In this document: positions 1 to 7,992 of the stretch, one piece after another | How the letters are laid out: the number at the start of each line of letters is the position of its first letter | Position numbering within the stretch: position 1 is the first letter of the stretch | Origin: Candidatus Micrarchaeaceae archaeon | GTDB taxonomy: Archaea; Micrarchaeota; Micrarchaeia; Micrarchaeales; CABMGC01 | Length of the DNA stretch: 47,003 bases | Assembly (NCBI GenBank): GCA_038877255.1 | Contig: JAVYWZ010000003.1 | Location: forward strand, 1-47,003 | Direction of reading: 5' to 3' | Notes under the pieces: generated by a model | The model's database searches: none | The model's input: only the letters and a program-made list of their open reading frames with translations | What the model was told of the DNA's origin: nothing | Program-made: the position numbers and the translations under genes

Positions 1-119
1 TTCATGCCATGCGCCTTCCTCGCATGGTCTCGTATTTTTTTCATAAGTCTGTCTATGCTCTCGTCTTTGGCGCTGAATCCGCAGCTCATTCCTATGTCTT
101 TGCACGCAAAGCTCTTCAT
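1..119 (-). CDS. Small metal-binding protein, DUF1059-like (runs off window edge)
   Basis: Manual translation of the minus strand from ATG at 119: MKSFACKDIGMSCGFSAKDESIDRLMKKIRDHARKAHGM. CxDxGxxCGF and HAxxxH pattern; GTGGT SD-like sequence upstream. Not in the ORF track because it is truncated. Confidence 0.8.
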   Translation of the reverse strand, partial: MKSFACKDIGMSCGFSAKDESIDRLMKKIRDHARKAHGM

Positions 120-284
120 GTAACCACAAGCATATTGCACGCCTAATGTTTAAAATAGGCGCTGCAGTAACCGCAAGCTTTAAATAGCTAACTTCTGGCA
201 TGCACCATGCTACGAGAAGCAAGCAGAGAAGTGCTTGCTGCTCTGCGCAGCCAGGTTTACAAAGCCACACAAGCCTGTTTGGAC

Positions 285-354
285 GGCTTTGTTGATTTAG
301 TCTTACTTTGTCAACATTTTTGAGACTTTATCAACAAATTTAGACTTTTTCAAT
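285..354 (+). repeat. Repeat copy A: GGCTTTGTTGA followed by ~20-bp-period TCAAC(A) units
   Basis: 285-338 matches 2054-2107 at 46/54 positions. TCAAC/TCAAT occurs at 311, 331 and 350. Confidence 0.85.
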
Positions 355-397
355 GAAACCGATTGCATGCAAACATACAAAAATCGCTTGCCTGCTG

Positions 398-1996
398 TTA
401 CTTCTTCTTGTATACTCTTAAGGCATAACCAGCATAAAGCCCTCCGCCTATGTAATCTAGTGCATGATAGTCATTCAGCCATTGCGGCTGAGGGGGCGGA
501 CTGTAGATCATTGAAAGGTTGCATTCGCTGACTATCGTGGAATTGCTGTATGCCAGTATTATGCTCTGGTTGCCTATCGAGGCGCAGTTCTGCGGCAATC
601 CATATATAGGCGTTTTGTATTCGTAATATATGTCTATGGGTGTTAAAAATAAATCAGCATCATAGACAGTTATGTTTGGATTTGCTTCATACTGCGCTAC
701 AAGAAAATTTCCAACGTTAATTAGAGGGTAAGTATATTTATACTGGGCGTAGCCCATGGCCCTTATTATCTCTACCGAATTTATGAAAACAAATGCAATA
801 GCAAAAGCAAAGAGCACATATATGAGCTTCTTAAGGGTTTTCCTCTTTGAGAGTTTTTCCACGAGCGTTGTGAAGCCAAACGATATTATTAGCACTGCAG
901 CAGGCGCAAGAAGGAGCAGAAACCTCGACGACGTTATCAGGAACACGTATTTTTCTAGGCTAGCTGTGCCGAAACTAAGGTAGAGCAACACGAATGCAAA
1001 CCAGAAGAGGGGTATCACAGATCTTCTTCTAGGTATGACTGCAAGCACTACAATAAATAACGCTGTAAGGTAGCCAAACATGCCAAAAAAGCCGGAGAAG
1101 GTAAGGTGCGCGGGCACGACTGCCAGCATTCTTATTAGCGGCGCGAAGTTTCCCTCAATCGCTAGCCTCAGCCTTTCTATTATATTGTAAGGGAATAGCA
1201 TCGTCATGTAGCTACCAAAGGAATTTTGGTAGGATGCAAAACCCTGCGTGTAAAAACTGGATGCATCTTGAATTATGCCTAGCGGATTGCCCGTCCCGAG
1301 CTTGCTGAGCATCAGGATAAGCCACGCTGCAAGGGCAAGCCCAACAAGAAAAAACCCGAGGTTTTGCTTGAATGCCTTTTTGATATTTCCAAGATAAGCA
1401 AGGAACACAAATAGGACCACTGGCATTATTATTACAGACTCTGATGAGACAAGAAAAGATGCTAGAGAGAAGAACCCTGCAATGGCGAAGTATTTCCCAG
1501 AATGCCTGCTATTGCCCAGCGAAGCCTTTACAGCCGAAAACACAGATAGCGTTGCAAAAAATGCCATTGGTACGTCGTCTCCAACATTTGAGCTTTCTAT
1601 TACTGCCAAAGGCAAGAATGAATACAAGAATGCGGCGAGCAGTCCTGCCTTCGCGGAATAGAGCTTTCTTCCTATGAGATAGATTAGCACTATTGTTAAC
1701 AGGAAGCATAGCACCCCGAATGCCGCTGCCGATGCAGGACTGTATCCGAATAACATGTAAAAAAATGCGATCCCTCCTGCAAGCAAGTACCTTTCACCAA
1801 GGATACCGCTCATTGCATTGAAGTTGCCTGATAAGAGATCATGCGCCGAGTCCGTATATATATAATTGTCGGCACCGTTTATCATGCTTGGCCCATAAAA
1901 AAAAGATACGCTCAGAAACAGTCCAAGTGCTAACGTAAGTGCTAGCAACACAAAATCTGTTTTGCTGATTTTGACAGTGCTCGGAGCCTTGCCCAT
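398..1996 (-). CDS. GT-C fold membrane glycosyltransferase (ArnT/PMT, GT39/GT83-like)
   Basis: 532 aa polytopic membrane protein. N-terminal D-x-x-x-Y after TM1, LIYLIGRKLY..AGLLAAFLY segment, and RFLLLLAP motif typical of the PMT_2 family. Confidence 0.8.
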   Translation of the reverse strand: MGKAPSTVKISKTDFVLLALTLALGLFLSVSFFYGPSMINGADNYIYTDSAHDLLSGNFNAMSGILGERYLLAGGIAFFYMLFGYSPASAAAFGVLCFLLTIVLIYLIGRKLYSAKAGLLAAFLYSFLPLAVIESSNVGDDVPMAFFATLSVFSAVKASLGNSRHSGKYFAIAGFFSLASFLVSSESVIIMPVVLFVFLAYLGNIKKAFKQNLGFFLVGLALAAWLILMLSKLGTGNPLGIIQDASSFYTQGFASYQNSFGSYMTMLFPYNIIERLRLAIEGNFAPLIRMLAVVPAHLTFSGFFGMFGYLTALFIVVLAVIPRRRSVIPLFWFAFVLLYLSFGTASLEKYVFLITSSRFLLLLAPAAVLIISFGFTTLVEKLSKRKTLKKLIYVLFAFAIAFVFINSVEIIRAMGYAQYKYTYPLINVGNFLVAQYEANPNITVYDADLFLTPIDIYYEYKTPIYGLPQNCASIGNQSIILAYSNSTIVSECNLSMIYSPPPQPQWLNDYHALDYIGGGLYAGYALRVYKKK

Positions 1997-2053
1997 GAAA
2001 TCTCTCTTTGTTGAATATAGTTGTTAGGTTTTAAAAATACTTGCCTTTCGGCT

Positions 2054-2163
2054 GGCTTTGTTGATTTAGTCAGATTTTATCAACATTTTTAATACTTATT
2101 CAACAAAGCTTGTTTCTTGAATGCCTGTGCTTCTGCGTCGAACAAATTAGACATTAGTCAACT
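2054..2163 (+). repeat. Repeat copy B with a 10-bp inverted repeat and extra degenerate units
   Basis: GCTTTGTTGA (2055-2064) and TCAACAAAGC (2100-2109) are perfect inverted repeats. TCAAC at 2080 and 2100; degenerate unit TCGAACAAATTAGACATTAGTCAAC at about 2138-2162. Confidence 0.8.
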
Positions 2164-2174
2164 TGAACAAAACA

Positions 2175-2182
2175 TTTATAAA
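2175..2182 (+). promoter_or_regulatory. Archaeal TATA box candidate
   Basis: TTTATAAA preceded by A-rich GAACAAAACA (BRE-like), about 25 nt upstream of the structured segment. Confidence 0.5.
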
Positions 2183-2206
2183 TGCTTCATAAGCAAAACA
2201 ATAACT

Positions 2207-2351
2207 AGAGCATTTGAAGTGTGCAGTATGCAGTGTGCGTTCGCATCATGGACCTTTAAGCACGTCGCAACGAAGGCAGTTATAGCTAGGTATTTGAACT
2301 GCACACCTGGTATTAAGCTGCCTGTATAGGGGCTTTGTAAATTCTTTTTTT
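2207..2351 (+). ncRNA. Candidate structured RNA or 5' leader with possible loop-loop pairing
   Basis: Stems AGGCAGTT/AGCTGCCT (2274-2281/2316-2323) and CTAGGT/ACCTGG (2286-2291/2305-2310). Loop ACTGCAC (2298-2304) is complementary to GTGCAGT (2221-2227). Ends in a T-tract at 2342-2351. Folded by eye only. Confidence 0.35.
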
Positions 2352-2362
2352 GGGTGGTCCTT

Positions 2363-2677
2363 ATGCAGGCTCTACGTAGAAATAATACTATTTTTGACGA
2401 TTTGCCTAGGCCAGAGTGGGCTTCGCTTATAATGGAGATAGGATTCGACGACATAGAAACGGCAACTAGCTTTGTAGAATATTATTGCGAGCGCTACGGA
2501 GAGAGCAAGAGCAGCGTATGGTACAGGCTGAAGAGGCTTAAGAAGCTCGGCTATCTGAATTTTGCTGAAAAAGGCGAAGAAGCGAGGTCGCTTGCGCTAA
2601 CAAAACTAGGCAGAGAGCTTTTCAGGCAGAGTCACAGTCTTGCGAGCATAAAGTCATTGGCGCATGCACAGGCTTAG
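2363..2677 (+). CDS. Small winged helix-turn-helix DNA-binding protein
   Basis: ESKSSVWYRLKRLKKLGYL...LALTKLGRE is a wHTH recognition helix plus wing. ATG at 2363 follows a GGTGGT SD. Confidence 0.75.
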   Translation: MQALRRNNTIFDDLPRPEWASLIMEIGFDDIETATSFVEYYCERYGESKSSVWYRLKRLKKLGYLNFAEKGEEARSLALTKLGRELFRQSHSLASIKSLAHAQA

Positions 2678-2695
2678 GCGGGCACGTGGGTGGGC

Positions 2696-2719
2696 AAGAG
2701 CCCCGAATTCGGGGCTCTT
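2696..2719. terminator. Perfect 24-bp palindrome (hairpin terminator or protein-binding site)
   Basis: AAGAGCCCCGAATTCGGGGCTCTT is its own reverse complement. It starts 19 nt after the wHTH stop. Confidence 0.55.
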
Positions 2720-2758
2720 ATGCTAACGCTTTTATTGGTTATTTGCTATTGCTAATGC

Positions 2759-3655
2759 ATGTCAAATCGCTATGTTTGGTTTGAAGGCAAGTTCGTCCCT
2801 TTTGAGAATGCAAAAGTGAGCGTGCTTGTGCACTCGCTGCAATACGGCAGCGGCGTTTTTGAAGGCATACGTGCATACAAAGCAAGGAAAGGAGTCGCTA
2901 TCTTCAGGCTTGACGACCACATAAAGCGCTTTTTCAACAGCGCAGCAATTTATTCAATGCCGCTAAAGCTTAAGCCGCAAGATCTGAAAAAAGCGATAAT
3001 AAGCACAGTAGTGAAGAACAAATGCGAAGAATGCTATATAAGGCCATTCGCCTTCTACACAAGCACAAGCCTTGGTGTCGGAAACCCTGGTGCAGTTAGT
3101 GTTATTGTAGCTACTGTTGACATGCCTAGCTATTTCGGCAAGCAAAGCATCAGGTGCGAGGTCTCTTCCTGGAGGCGCATAAACTCAGCTATTCTGCCGC
3201 CTGAAGCAAAGGGCAGTGGCAACTACCTGAATTCACTCCTTGCATCGATAGAAGCAAAAGAAGCCGGTGCAGACGAAGCAATTCTGCTTACTTACGATGG
3301 CTACATTGCAGAAGGGCCTGGCGAGAACATATTCTTAGTAGAGAACAACAAGCTTGTCACACCTGGCAAAGATTCTGATATACTGCTCGGCATAACGCGC
3401 GACAGCGTAATAAAACTAGCAGAGAGCATGGGCATAGAGGTTGAAGAGAGAAATGTGCACAAGGAAGAGCTTGAGACGTGCGACGAGGCGTTTTTTGCAG
3501 GCACTGCCGCATCTATAGTGCCTATTGTAAAAGTAAACGGGCAGAAAATAGGCAGTGGCAGGCAAGGGCCCATAACAAAAGTAGTATCAGACAAATACAT
3601 GCAGGCAGTGCATGGCGAGCTTGAGGAATTTGACTACTGGCTCACATACCTGTGA
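2759..3655 (+). CDS. ilvE: Branched-chain amino acid aminotransferase (class IV PLP)
   Basis: HSLQYGSGVFEGIRAY, AKGSGNYLNS, EGPGENIF, LLGITRDSV and EAFFAGTAA motifs. Confidence 0.95.
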   Translation: MSNRYVWFEGKFVPFENAKVSVLVHSLQYGSGVFEGIRAYKARKGVAIFRLDDHIKRFFNSAAIYSMPLKLKPQDLKKAIISTVVKNKCEECYIRPFAFYTSTSLGVGNPGAVSVIVATVDMPSYFGKQSIRCEVSSWRRINSAILPPEAKGSGNYLNSLLASIEAKEAGADEAILLTYDGYIAEGPGENIFLVENNKLVTPGKDSDILLGITRDSVIKLAESMGIEVEERNVHKEELETCDEAFFAGTAASIVPIVKVNGQKIGSGRQGPITKVVSDKYMQAVHGELEEFDYWLTYL

Positions 3656-3671
3656 CTGTTGCAAAGCGTGC

Positions 3672-4025
3672 CTAGAGCAGCTTCAAGGTGCGCGTAATTT
3701 TGTCTATCTCATCGCTTTGCCAGGGGCCTATACTAAGCGTTGTAGCAGTTCCTGGCTCTAGCTGCGTGAGCCCGGCATCTATCACAAGAGCGCATGGAAT
3801 GTTTGCGTGAGTGCACTGTTCGTAAAGTGATAGCAGCTCTTCCTTACTATGCACTTTAAGTACTATCTTCTTTTCACCTGTGTCAAGCCATTCTCTTGCA
3901 ATTTTCTTGTAGCGCTTTGCAGTTTCAAAATAGCCCATGAGCGATGCGTGGCTTGCCTGGGCTACGAGCTTGCCTTTCCCCATTTTAAGGTCGCTCCTAA
4001 TCACGATTGCCTGCTTGAGCTCCAT
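3672..4025 (-). CDS. pth2: Peptidyl-tRNA hydrolase Pth2
   Basis: KQAIVIRSDLKMGKGKLVAQASHAS, KKIVLKV, DAGLTQLEPGTAT and IGP motifs. Confidence 0.97.
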   Translation of the reverse strand: MELKQAIVIRSDLKMGKGKLVAQASHASLMGYFETAKRYKKIAREWLDTGEKKIVLKVHSKEELLSLYEQCTHANIPCALVIDAGLTQLEPGTATTLSIGPWQSDEIDKITRTLKLL

Positions 4026-4197
4026 TTCATCGCTGATATCTGGATGAGCAAGCTTAAATTCTTTGGGTAATGATAACTATGCCTAGTGGCCTATCGGTGC
4101 AACATCATTTCGTGAGCAATTTGCATAGAGGCTATGCCTGCCATTTCTTTGCTTCTCTGCTGCAAAAATCTAATAGTTTTGCTGTTGATTTAATATC

Positions 4198-5361
4198 ATG
4201 TCCGAGCTTGGCAATAAACTAGTAACATCATTAATACGCGATTACTATTCAAACATCAACATTAACGATATAGCACCAGACAAAATTGAGCAGAGGGAGT
4301 TTGGTTTTGGCATAATTGGAAACAAGATCGCAGGCAGGCACTATTCCTTCAGAGATGCGGAGCAACTTAAGGAATATCTTGTCAGCAATGCGCCTGCATT
4401 TGTTGACTACTCTGCTGCTTATTACAGAGAGCCTAGTGCAAGGCCTATGGAACGTAAAGGCTGGCTGGGCTCAGAGCTGCGCTTCGACCTTGACGCCAGC
4501 GATCCAAAATATGATTGCAAAATACACAGTAAAGATTGGCTTTGCGATGAAAGGCTAGAAGCAGTAAAGCGCGACACACTCTTGCTTATAGAAGATTTCC
4601 TGATTGGTGACTTTGGCTTTTCAGAGAAAGAAATAAAAATAAATTTTAGCGGCAATCGCGGCTATCATGTACACATAACAAGTGATTCTGTGCTGCAGCT
4701 CGATGCCGATGCTAGGGAAGAGCTCTGTAGCTACATAAAGCCGCTGAAAATTTCTTCTTTGTCAATATTTCCAGATCTCTCCAGTAAAAGGAAAAAATCC
4801 CAGTTTTCAGGTCCAAAGCCTAGCGACAACGGTTGGTATGGCAAGATTGCAAAGGCGTTTATCGAAAAGCTTGGCAGTCCTAAAAGCCTTACTGAGTTAG
4901 GCATAGAAGAGCGCATAGCTAAGAAGCTTTCAAAGGAGAAGGAGCTTGTCGAAATGGGAATACGAAACGGCATTTGGGGAATTACAGGCATACCAATGAA
5001 AGACATTTACTGGAACAAAGTCATTGAAAAAATAGTTTGGGAAAAGTCCGTATATATAGATGCAAATGTTACAAAAGACCCTTCACATTTGATGAGGCTT
5101 GCAGGAACAATACATGGCGGCAGTGGCCTTGTTGCGAAGAAGCTTAGCAACGGAATAAGAGAACTCGAAAAGTTTGACCCTATGAAAGACGCCATCGCCT
5201 TCGCAGATAGCCCATTGGGCATAAGCGCTAAAACTCCTTATGCGCTGCGAATGGGCGACAGCACATTCGGCCCGTATAACGGCGAGCGTGCAGAAGTGCC
5301 AATTTATGTCGGCGTATACTTATATTTAAAAGGCTTTGCCGACATAATCTCTAACCAGTGA
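4198..5361 (+). CDS. priS: DNA primase catalytic subunit PriS
   Basis: [13 protein letters not shown] (DxD), [10 protein letters not shown] and [24 protein letters not shown] motifs. Confidence 0.95.
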   Translation: MSELGNKLVTSLIRDYYSNININDIAPDKIEQREFGFGIIGNKIAGRHYSFRDAEQLKEYLVSNAPAFVDYSAAYYREPSARPMERKGWLGSELRFDLDASDPKYDCKIHSKDWLCDERLEAVKRDTLLLIEDFLIGDFGFSEKEIKINFSGNRGYHVHITSDSVLQLDADAREELCSYIKPLKISSLSIFPDLSSKRKKSQFSGPKPSDNGWYGKIAKAFIEKLGSPKSLTELGIEERIAKKLSKEKELVEMGIRNGIWGITGIPMKDIYWNKVIEKIVWEKSVYIDANVTKDPSHLMRLAGTIHGGSGLVAKKLSNGIRELEKFDPMKDAIAFADSPLGISAKTPYALRMGDSTFGPYNGERAEVPIYVGVYLYLKGFADIISNQ

Positions 5362-5365
5362 CTAT

Positions 5366-5932
5366 ATGGGCTATTCAAAATACGTTGCAAAGACATTCCA
5401 GAAAGAGTATGAAGAAAGAGGCGATGCGCTTAAGGACAGGCTTACGCAGTGGCGTGCGGAAGCACCTATAGTAAGGATTGCACGGCCCACTAACCTTGCA
5501 AGGGCACGTAGCTTGGGCTATAAGGCAAAGCAGGGCGTTATTGTAGTGAGAGTACGCGTGCGGAGGGGGCTTAGCAAGAGGCAGAAGCCCAGAGGCGGCA
5601 GGAAACCATCAAAGATGGGCCGTTTCTATGCTTACAGAAAATCCTTGCAGGCAATAGCAGAAGAACGCGCTGCGGTAAAGTATACCAATACAGCTGTGCT
5701 CAATTCGTATTTTGTGGGAGAAGATGGCAACAACAAGTTTTACGAAGTAGTGTTGCTTGACCGTGCGCATCCAGCAATAACTTCCGATCCTGTTTATAGT
5801 AAAATAGTTAACAGCAAAGGTCGCGCCCAACGTGGGCTCACAAGCGCCGGTAAACGGCATCGCGGGCTTAACAAGAAGGGCAAGGGCTCATTTAAAACAA
5901 GGCCTAGCGTAAGGGCGAGAGAAAGATACTGA
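5366..5932 (+). CDS. rpl15e: 50S ribosomal protein L15e
   Basis: [22 protein letters not shown] and RGLTSAG motifs. Confidence 0.97.
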   Translation: MGYSKYVAKTFQKEYEERGDALKDRLTQWRAEAPIVRIARPTNLARARSLGYKAKQGVIVVRVRVRRGLSKRQKPRGGRKPSKMGRFYAYRKSLQAIAEERAAVKYTNTAVLNSYFVGEDGNNKFYEVVLLDRAHPAITSDPVYSKIVNSKGRAQRGLTSAGKRHRGLNKKGKGSFKTRPSVRARERY

Positions 5933-6358
5933 CATCCTCTCCTACCTGAAGGATATGGTTTCTCTTGGTTCGGTGTCTCTTTCGTTCATAGAGTTGCACC
6001 TCTGGGCGTATCAGTGCGCCCTTCAGCACATCTTGTTTGTGCTGAATTGACCGATACCATTACGCTTTGCTATATTGAACGATGCATTTACATTGGCATG
6101 GTCAAAGTGTGCACACGAATTGCAGCGATTCAACAACCACATCTAGAAGCAAATGGCCGTTTACAAGACCACTCCTATTGGAAATCCATAAATTTGTTGC
6201 AGAAGTTTCTCTCTTCCCACAATTTATTGACTTCAATAGTGGCATTCTCAGAGAATTCTGCAAGAGTTTCATACACACATATATATTTACAAAGATCTAT
6301 AATACTCCAGCTCGACAATTCATCACACAGCTAAAATGTGTGGCTTCCTTGTCGAGAA
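5930..6358 (-). mobile_element. Non-autonomous miniature IS200/IS605 (tnpB-type) element with both ends and an internally deleted tnpB
   Basis: Minus strand: LE-like hairpin GACAAGGAAGCCACACATTTTAGCTGTGTGATGAATTGTC (about 6353-6314). Degenerate TnpB C-terminus (frameshifted CSRCG; CNSCAHFDHANVNASFNIAKR). RE GAAACCATATCCTTCAGGTAGGAGAGGATGTCA. Removing 5930-6358 restores rpl15e TAC-TAG followed by the pcc1 SD. Confidence 0.8.
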
Positions 6359-6371
6359 TAGGTGACTGATT

Positions 6372-6710
6372 GTGACTGGCACAAGACAAACAAGGCGCGT
6401 TCATTCTGCAAGGCTCGAGATAATCTTCGGTAGCGGCGCACGCCAGATTTTTGATATAATGGAAAAGCCCAAAAAATACAAGCGCAGCGAGATAAAAGTG
6501 AACAGAAAAGCCAATAGCATTGTTGTTGAGGTAAGAGCAAGCGATGCGACTGCGCTAGTTGCATCGCTAGGCAGCGTGATAAAGCAGCTAAGCGTGATAA
6601 GCAGTGTAGCTAAGCTCTTCAAAAAGCCCGACCATGAGGGTGCGTTGGTGCTTGCAAACAAAGCAAAACAAGGCACAACAAAGCACAACAAAGCAAAACA
6701 AAACCCATAG
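6372..6710 (+). CDS. pcc1: KEOPS complex subunit Pcc1 (with low-complexity C-terminal extension)
   Basis: RSEIKV...IVVEVRASDATALVASLGSVIKQL is Pcc1-like. AGGTGA SD at 6360-6365. Confidence 0.75.
   Translation: MTGTRQTRRVHSARLEIIFGSGARQIFDIMEKPKKYKRSEIKVNRKANSIVVEVRASDATALVASLGSVIKQLSVISSVAKLFKKPDHEGALVLANKAKQGTTKHNKAKQNP
6659..6704 (+). repeat. 10-bp tandem repeat CAA(A/G)GCA(A/C)AA x4.5 at the pcc1 3' end
   Basis: CAAAGCAAAA CAAGGCACAA CAAAGCACAA CAAAGCAAAA CAAAAC. Confidence 0.8.
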
Positions 6711-6744
6711 CAATTGCTTTTAATCTTTAATTTGCAATAAAATT

Positions 6745-7668
6745 ATGCACGCCGACACAAACGAGCTGCTTGCCTTTGCCTACAAATACTCTTTCTCTGA
6801 AGAAGCAAAGGAGTTTTTAAAGCAGGAGAAAGAAGCTACTTATGATGATAAGTTTGCAACAGCAGGCTTGCTAAGAGTAAACGAAGATCTCGAGAAGCAA
6901 AATCCAGAGTTTGTAAGCACTTCTTATAAAGAGCTGATGCGCACATATGTTATGAGCTATGTTTATGCGAGAATGATAGTAAGCGCAACTGGAAATATGT
7001 ACATTGTTAAGAAATTTGCAATGGCTGAGGCGGCTCGCGCAGCTAGCGCCCTTGCAGCTGATTCTCTTGATAATATTGCTGTGCTTTCTGCAGAACTCGG
7101 AATAGGCATAAAAGCCATCGATTCTAAGCCTACGATAAACGTATTCGAATTCCTTAAGGCCGCAAAGGATTCAGGCTTGCACTTGCAAGACATGCGGCTA
7201 CACAACGGCATAGTGGAGTTTTCCAAACAGCAGGCAATAAGCCTGCTTAAAGGAGCAATGGTCTCAAGCATTCTTAAAGGGCTTCCCATATCCAAAAACA
7301 TGTTGCCAAAGGAAGTTTTCGCTTATGCGAAGGAGCTGAGGCTTTCAGAGCCAAAATTGCCGCATGCTACCTCTAACAGCAGATATGCATGGATAGACGC
7401 GCTTCTCGCAACTCCAATACCTGATGTGCGGCACAGGTCAGTAAACCTTATTCTAGCACCATATCTTACAAACATTAAAGGGCTCGACGCAGATACTGCA
7501 GCAAATATAATAATAGAATACATAGAGAAATGCAAGCAGCTGAATCCAAACACCAGAATTAACGACACTTACATAAAATACCAGTGCAGATACGCAAAAG
7601 AGCACGGCCTTAAGCCTCTTTCGCTGTTGCGTGCGAAGGAGCTTTTCAAAGGGATCATTGAGCTTTGA
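6745..7668 (+). CDS. priL: DNA primase large subunit N-terminal domain fused to a PriX-like domain
   Basis: The N-terminal part has AYKYSFSEEAKEFL, SYVYARMIVSA, KFAMAEA and LHNGIVEF (PriL-NTD). The C-terminal WIDALLATPIPDVRHRSVNLILAPYLTNIKGL...YAKEHGLKPLS is PriX-like. No four-Cys Fe-S domain. Confidence 0.8.
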   Translation: MHADTNELLAFAYKYSFSEEAKEFLKQEKEATYDDKFATAGLLRVNEDLEKQNPEFVSTSYKELMRTYVMSYVYARMIVSATGNMYIVKKFAMAEAARAASALAADSLDNIAVLSAELGIGIKAIDSKPTINVFEFLKAAKDSGLHLQDMRLHNGIVEFSKQQAISLLKGAMVSSILKGLPISKNMLPKEVFAYAKELRLSEPKLPHATSNSRYAWIDALLATPIPDVRHRSVNLILAPYLTNIKGLDADTAANIIIEYIEKCKQLNPNTRINDTYIKYQCRYAKEHGLKPLSLLRAKELFKGIIEL

Positions 7669-7669
7669 G

Positions 7670-7936
7670 CTACTGCTCTTCCTGAAAATCCTTTGACATT
7701 TTGCCTTTTGGGAATGCCTTTCCATTTGGAGATTCGGCAGGCAAATGCGCAGATTCGGCTATTTTTACCAAGTCAGAAAAGCCAACAAGCTTGTCAGTGT
7801 GCAAGGCCATGTATGCATGCCCCTGGGTCTTTTTAATCACATCAAACCTTACTTTCTGAATAATGCCTGCGATGTTTACCCTTGCTTCATAATAGCCTCT
7901 TTCAACTACTGCTTTTGCTACTTCATCAAGCGCCAT
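7670..7936 (-). CDS. Hypothetical protein (88 aa)
   Basis: Fills the gap tail-to-tail with priL and has a normal soluble composition. No motif recognised. Confidence 0.65.
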   Translation of the reverse strand: MALDEVAKAVVERGYYEARVNIAGIIQKVRFDVIKKTQGHAYMALHTDKLVGFSDLVKIAESAHLPAESPNGKAFPKGKMSKDFQEEQ

Positions 7937-7992
7937 TCTCTCGCAAACAAATCAACAGCAAAGATTATAAACCATGGTAAAAATATCAAATC

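Noticed and set aside
192-246. Hairpins (GGCATG/CATGCT; AGCAAGCA/TGCTTGCT at 218-239) as an ncRNA
   Set aside because: Short stems only. They could be chance or terminator structure for the GT gene, and no recognisable motif is present.
285-354. Possible CRISPR or TIGR-like array
   Set aside because: The period is only about 20 bp with 3 units, there are no spacer-sized unique segments, and no cas or tas gene is nearby.
4068-4116. C/D-box sRNA candidate (ATGATAA ... GTGA)
   Set aside because: Both boxes deviate from consensus and no D'/C' boxes or terminal stem are evident.
6014-6369. Plus-strand ORFs of 106 and 95 aa
   Set aside because: They are antisense shadows of the degenerate tnpB element.
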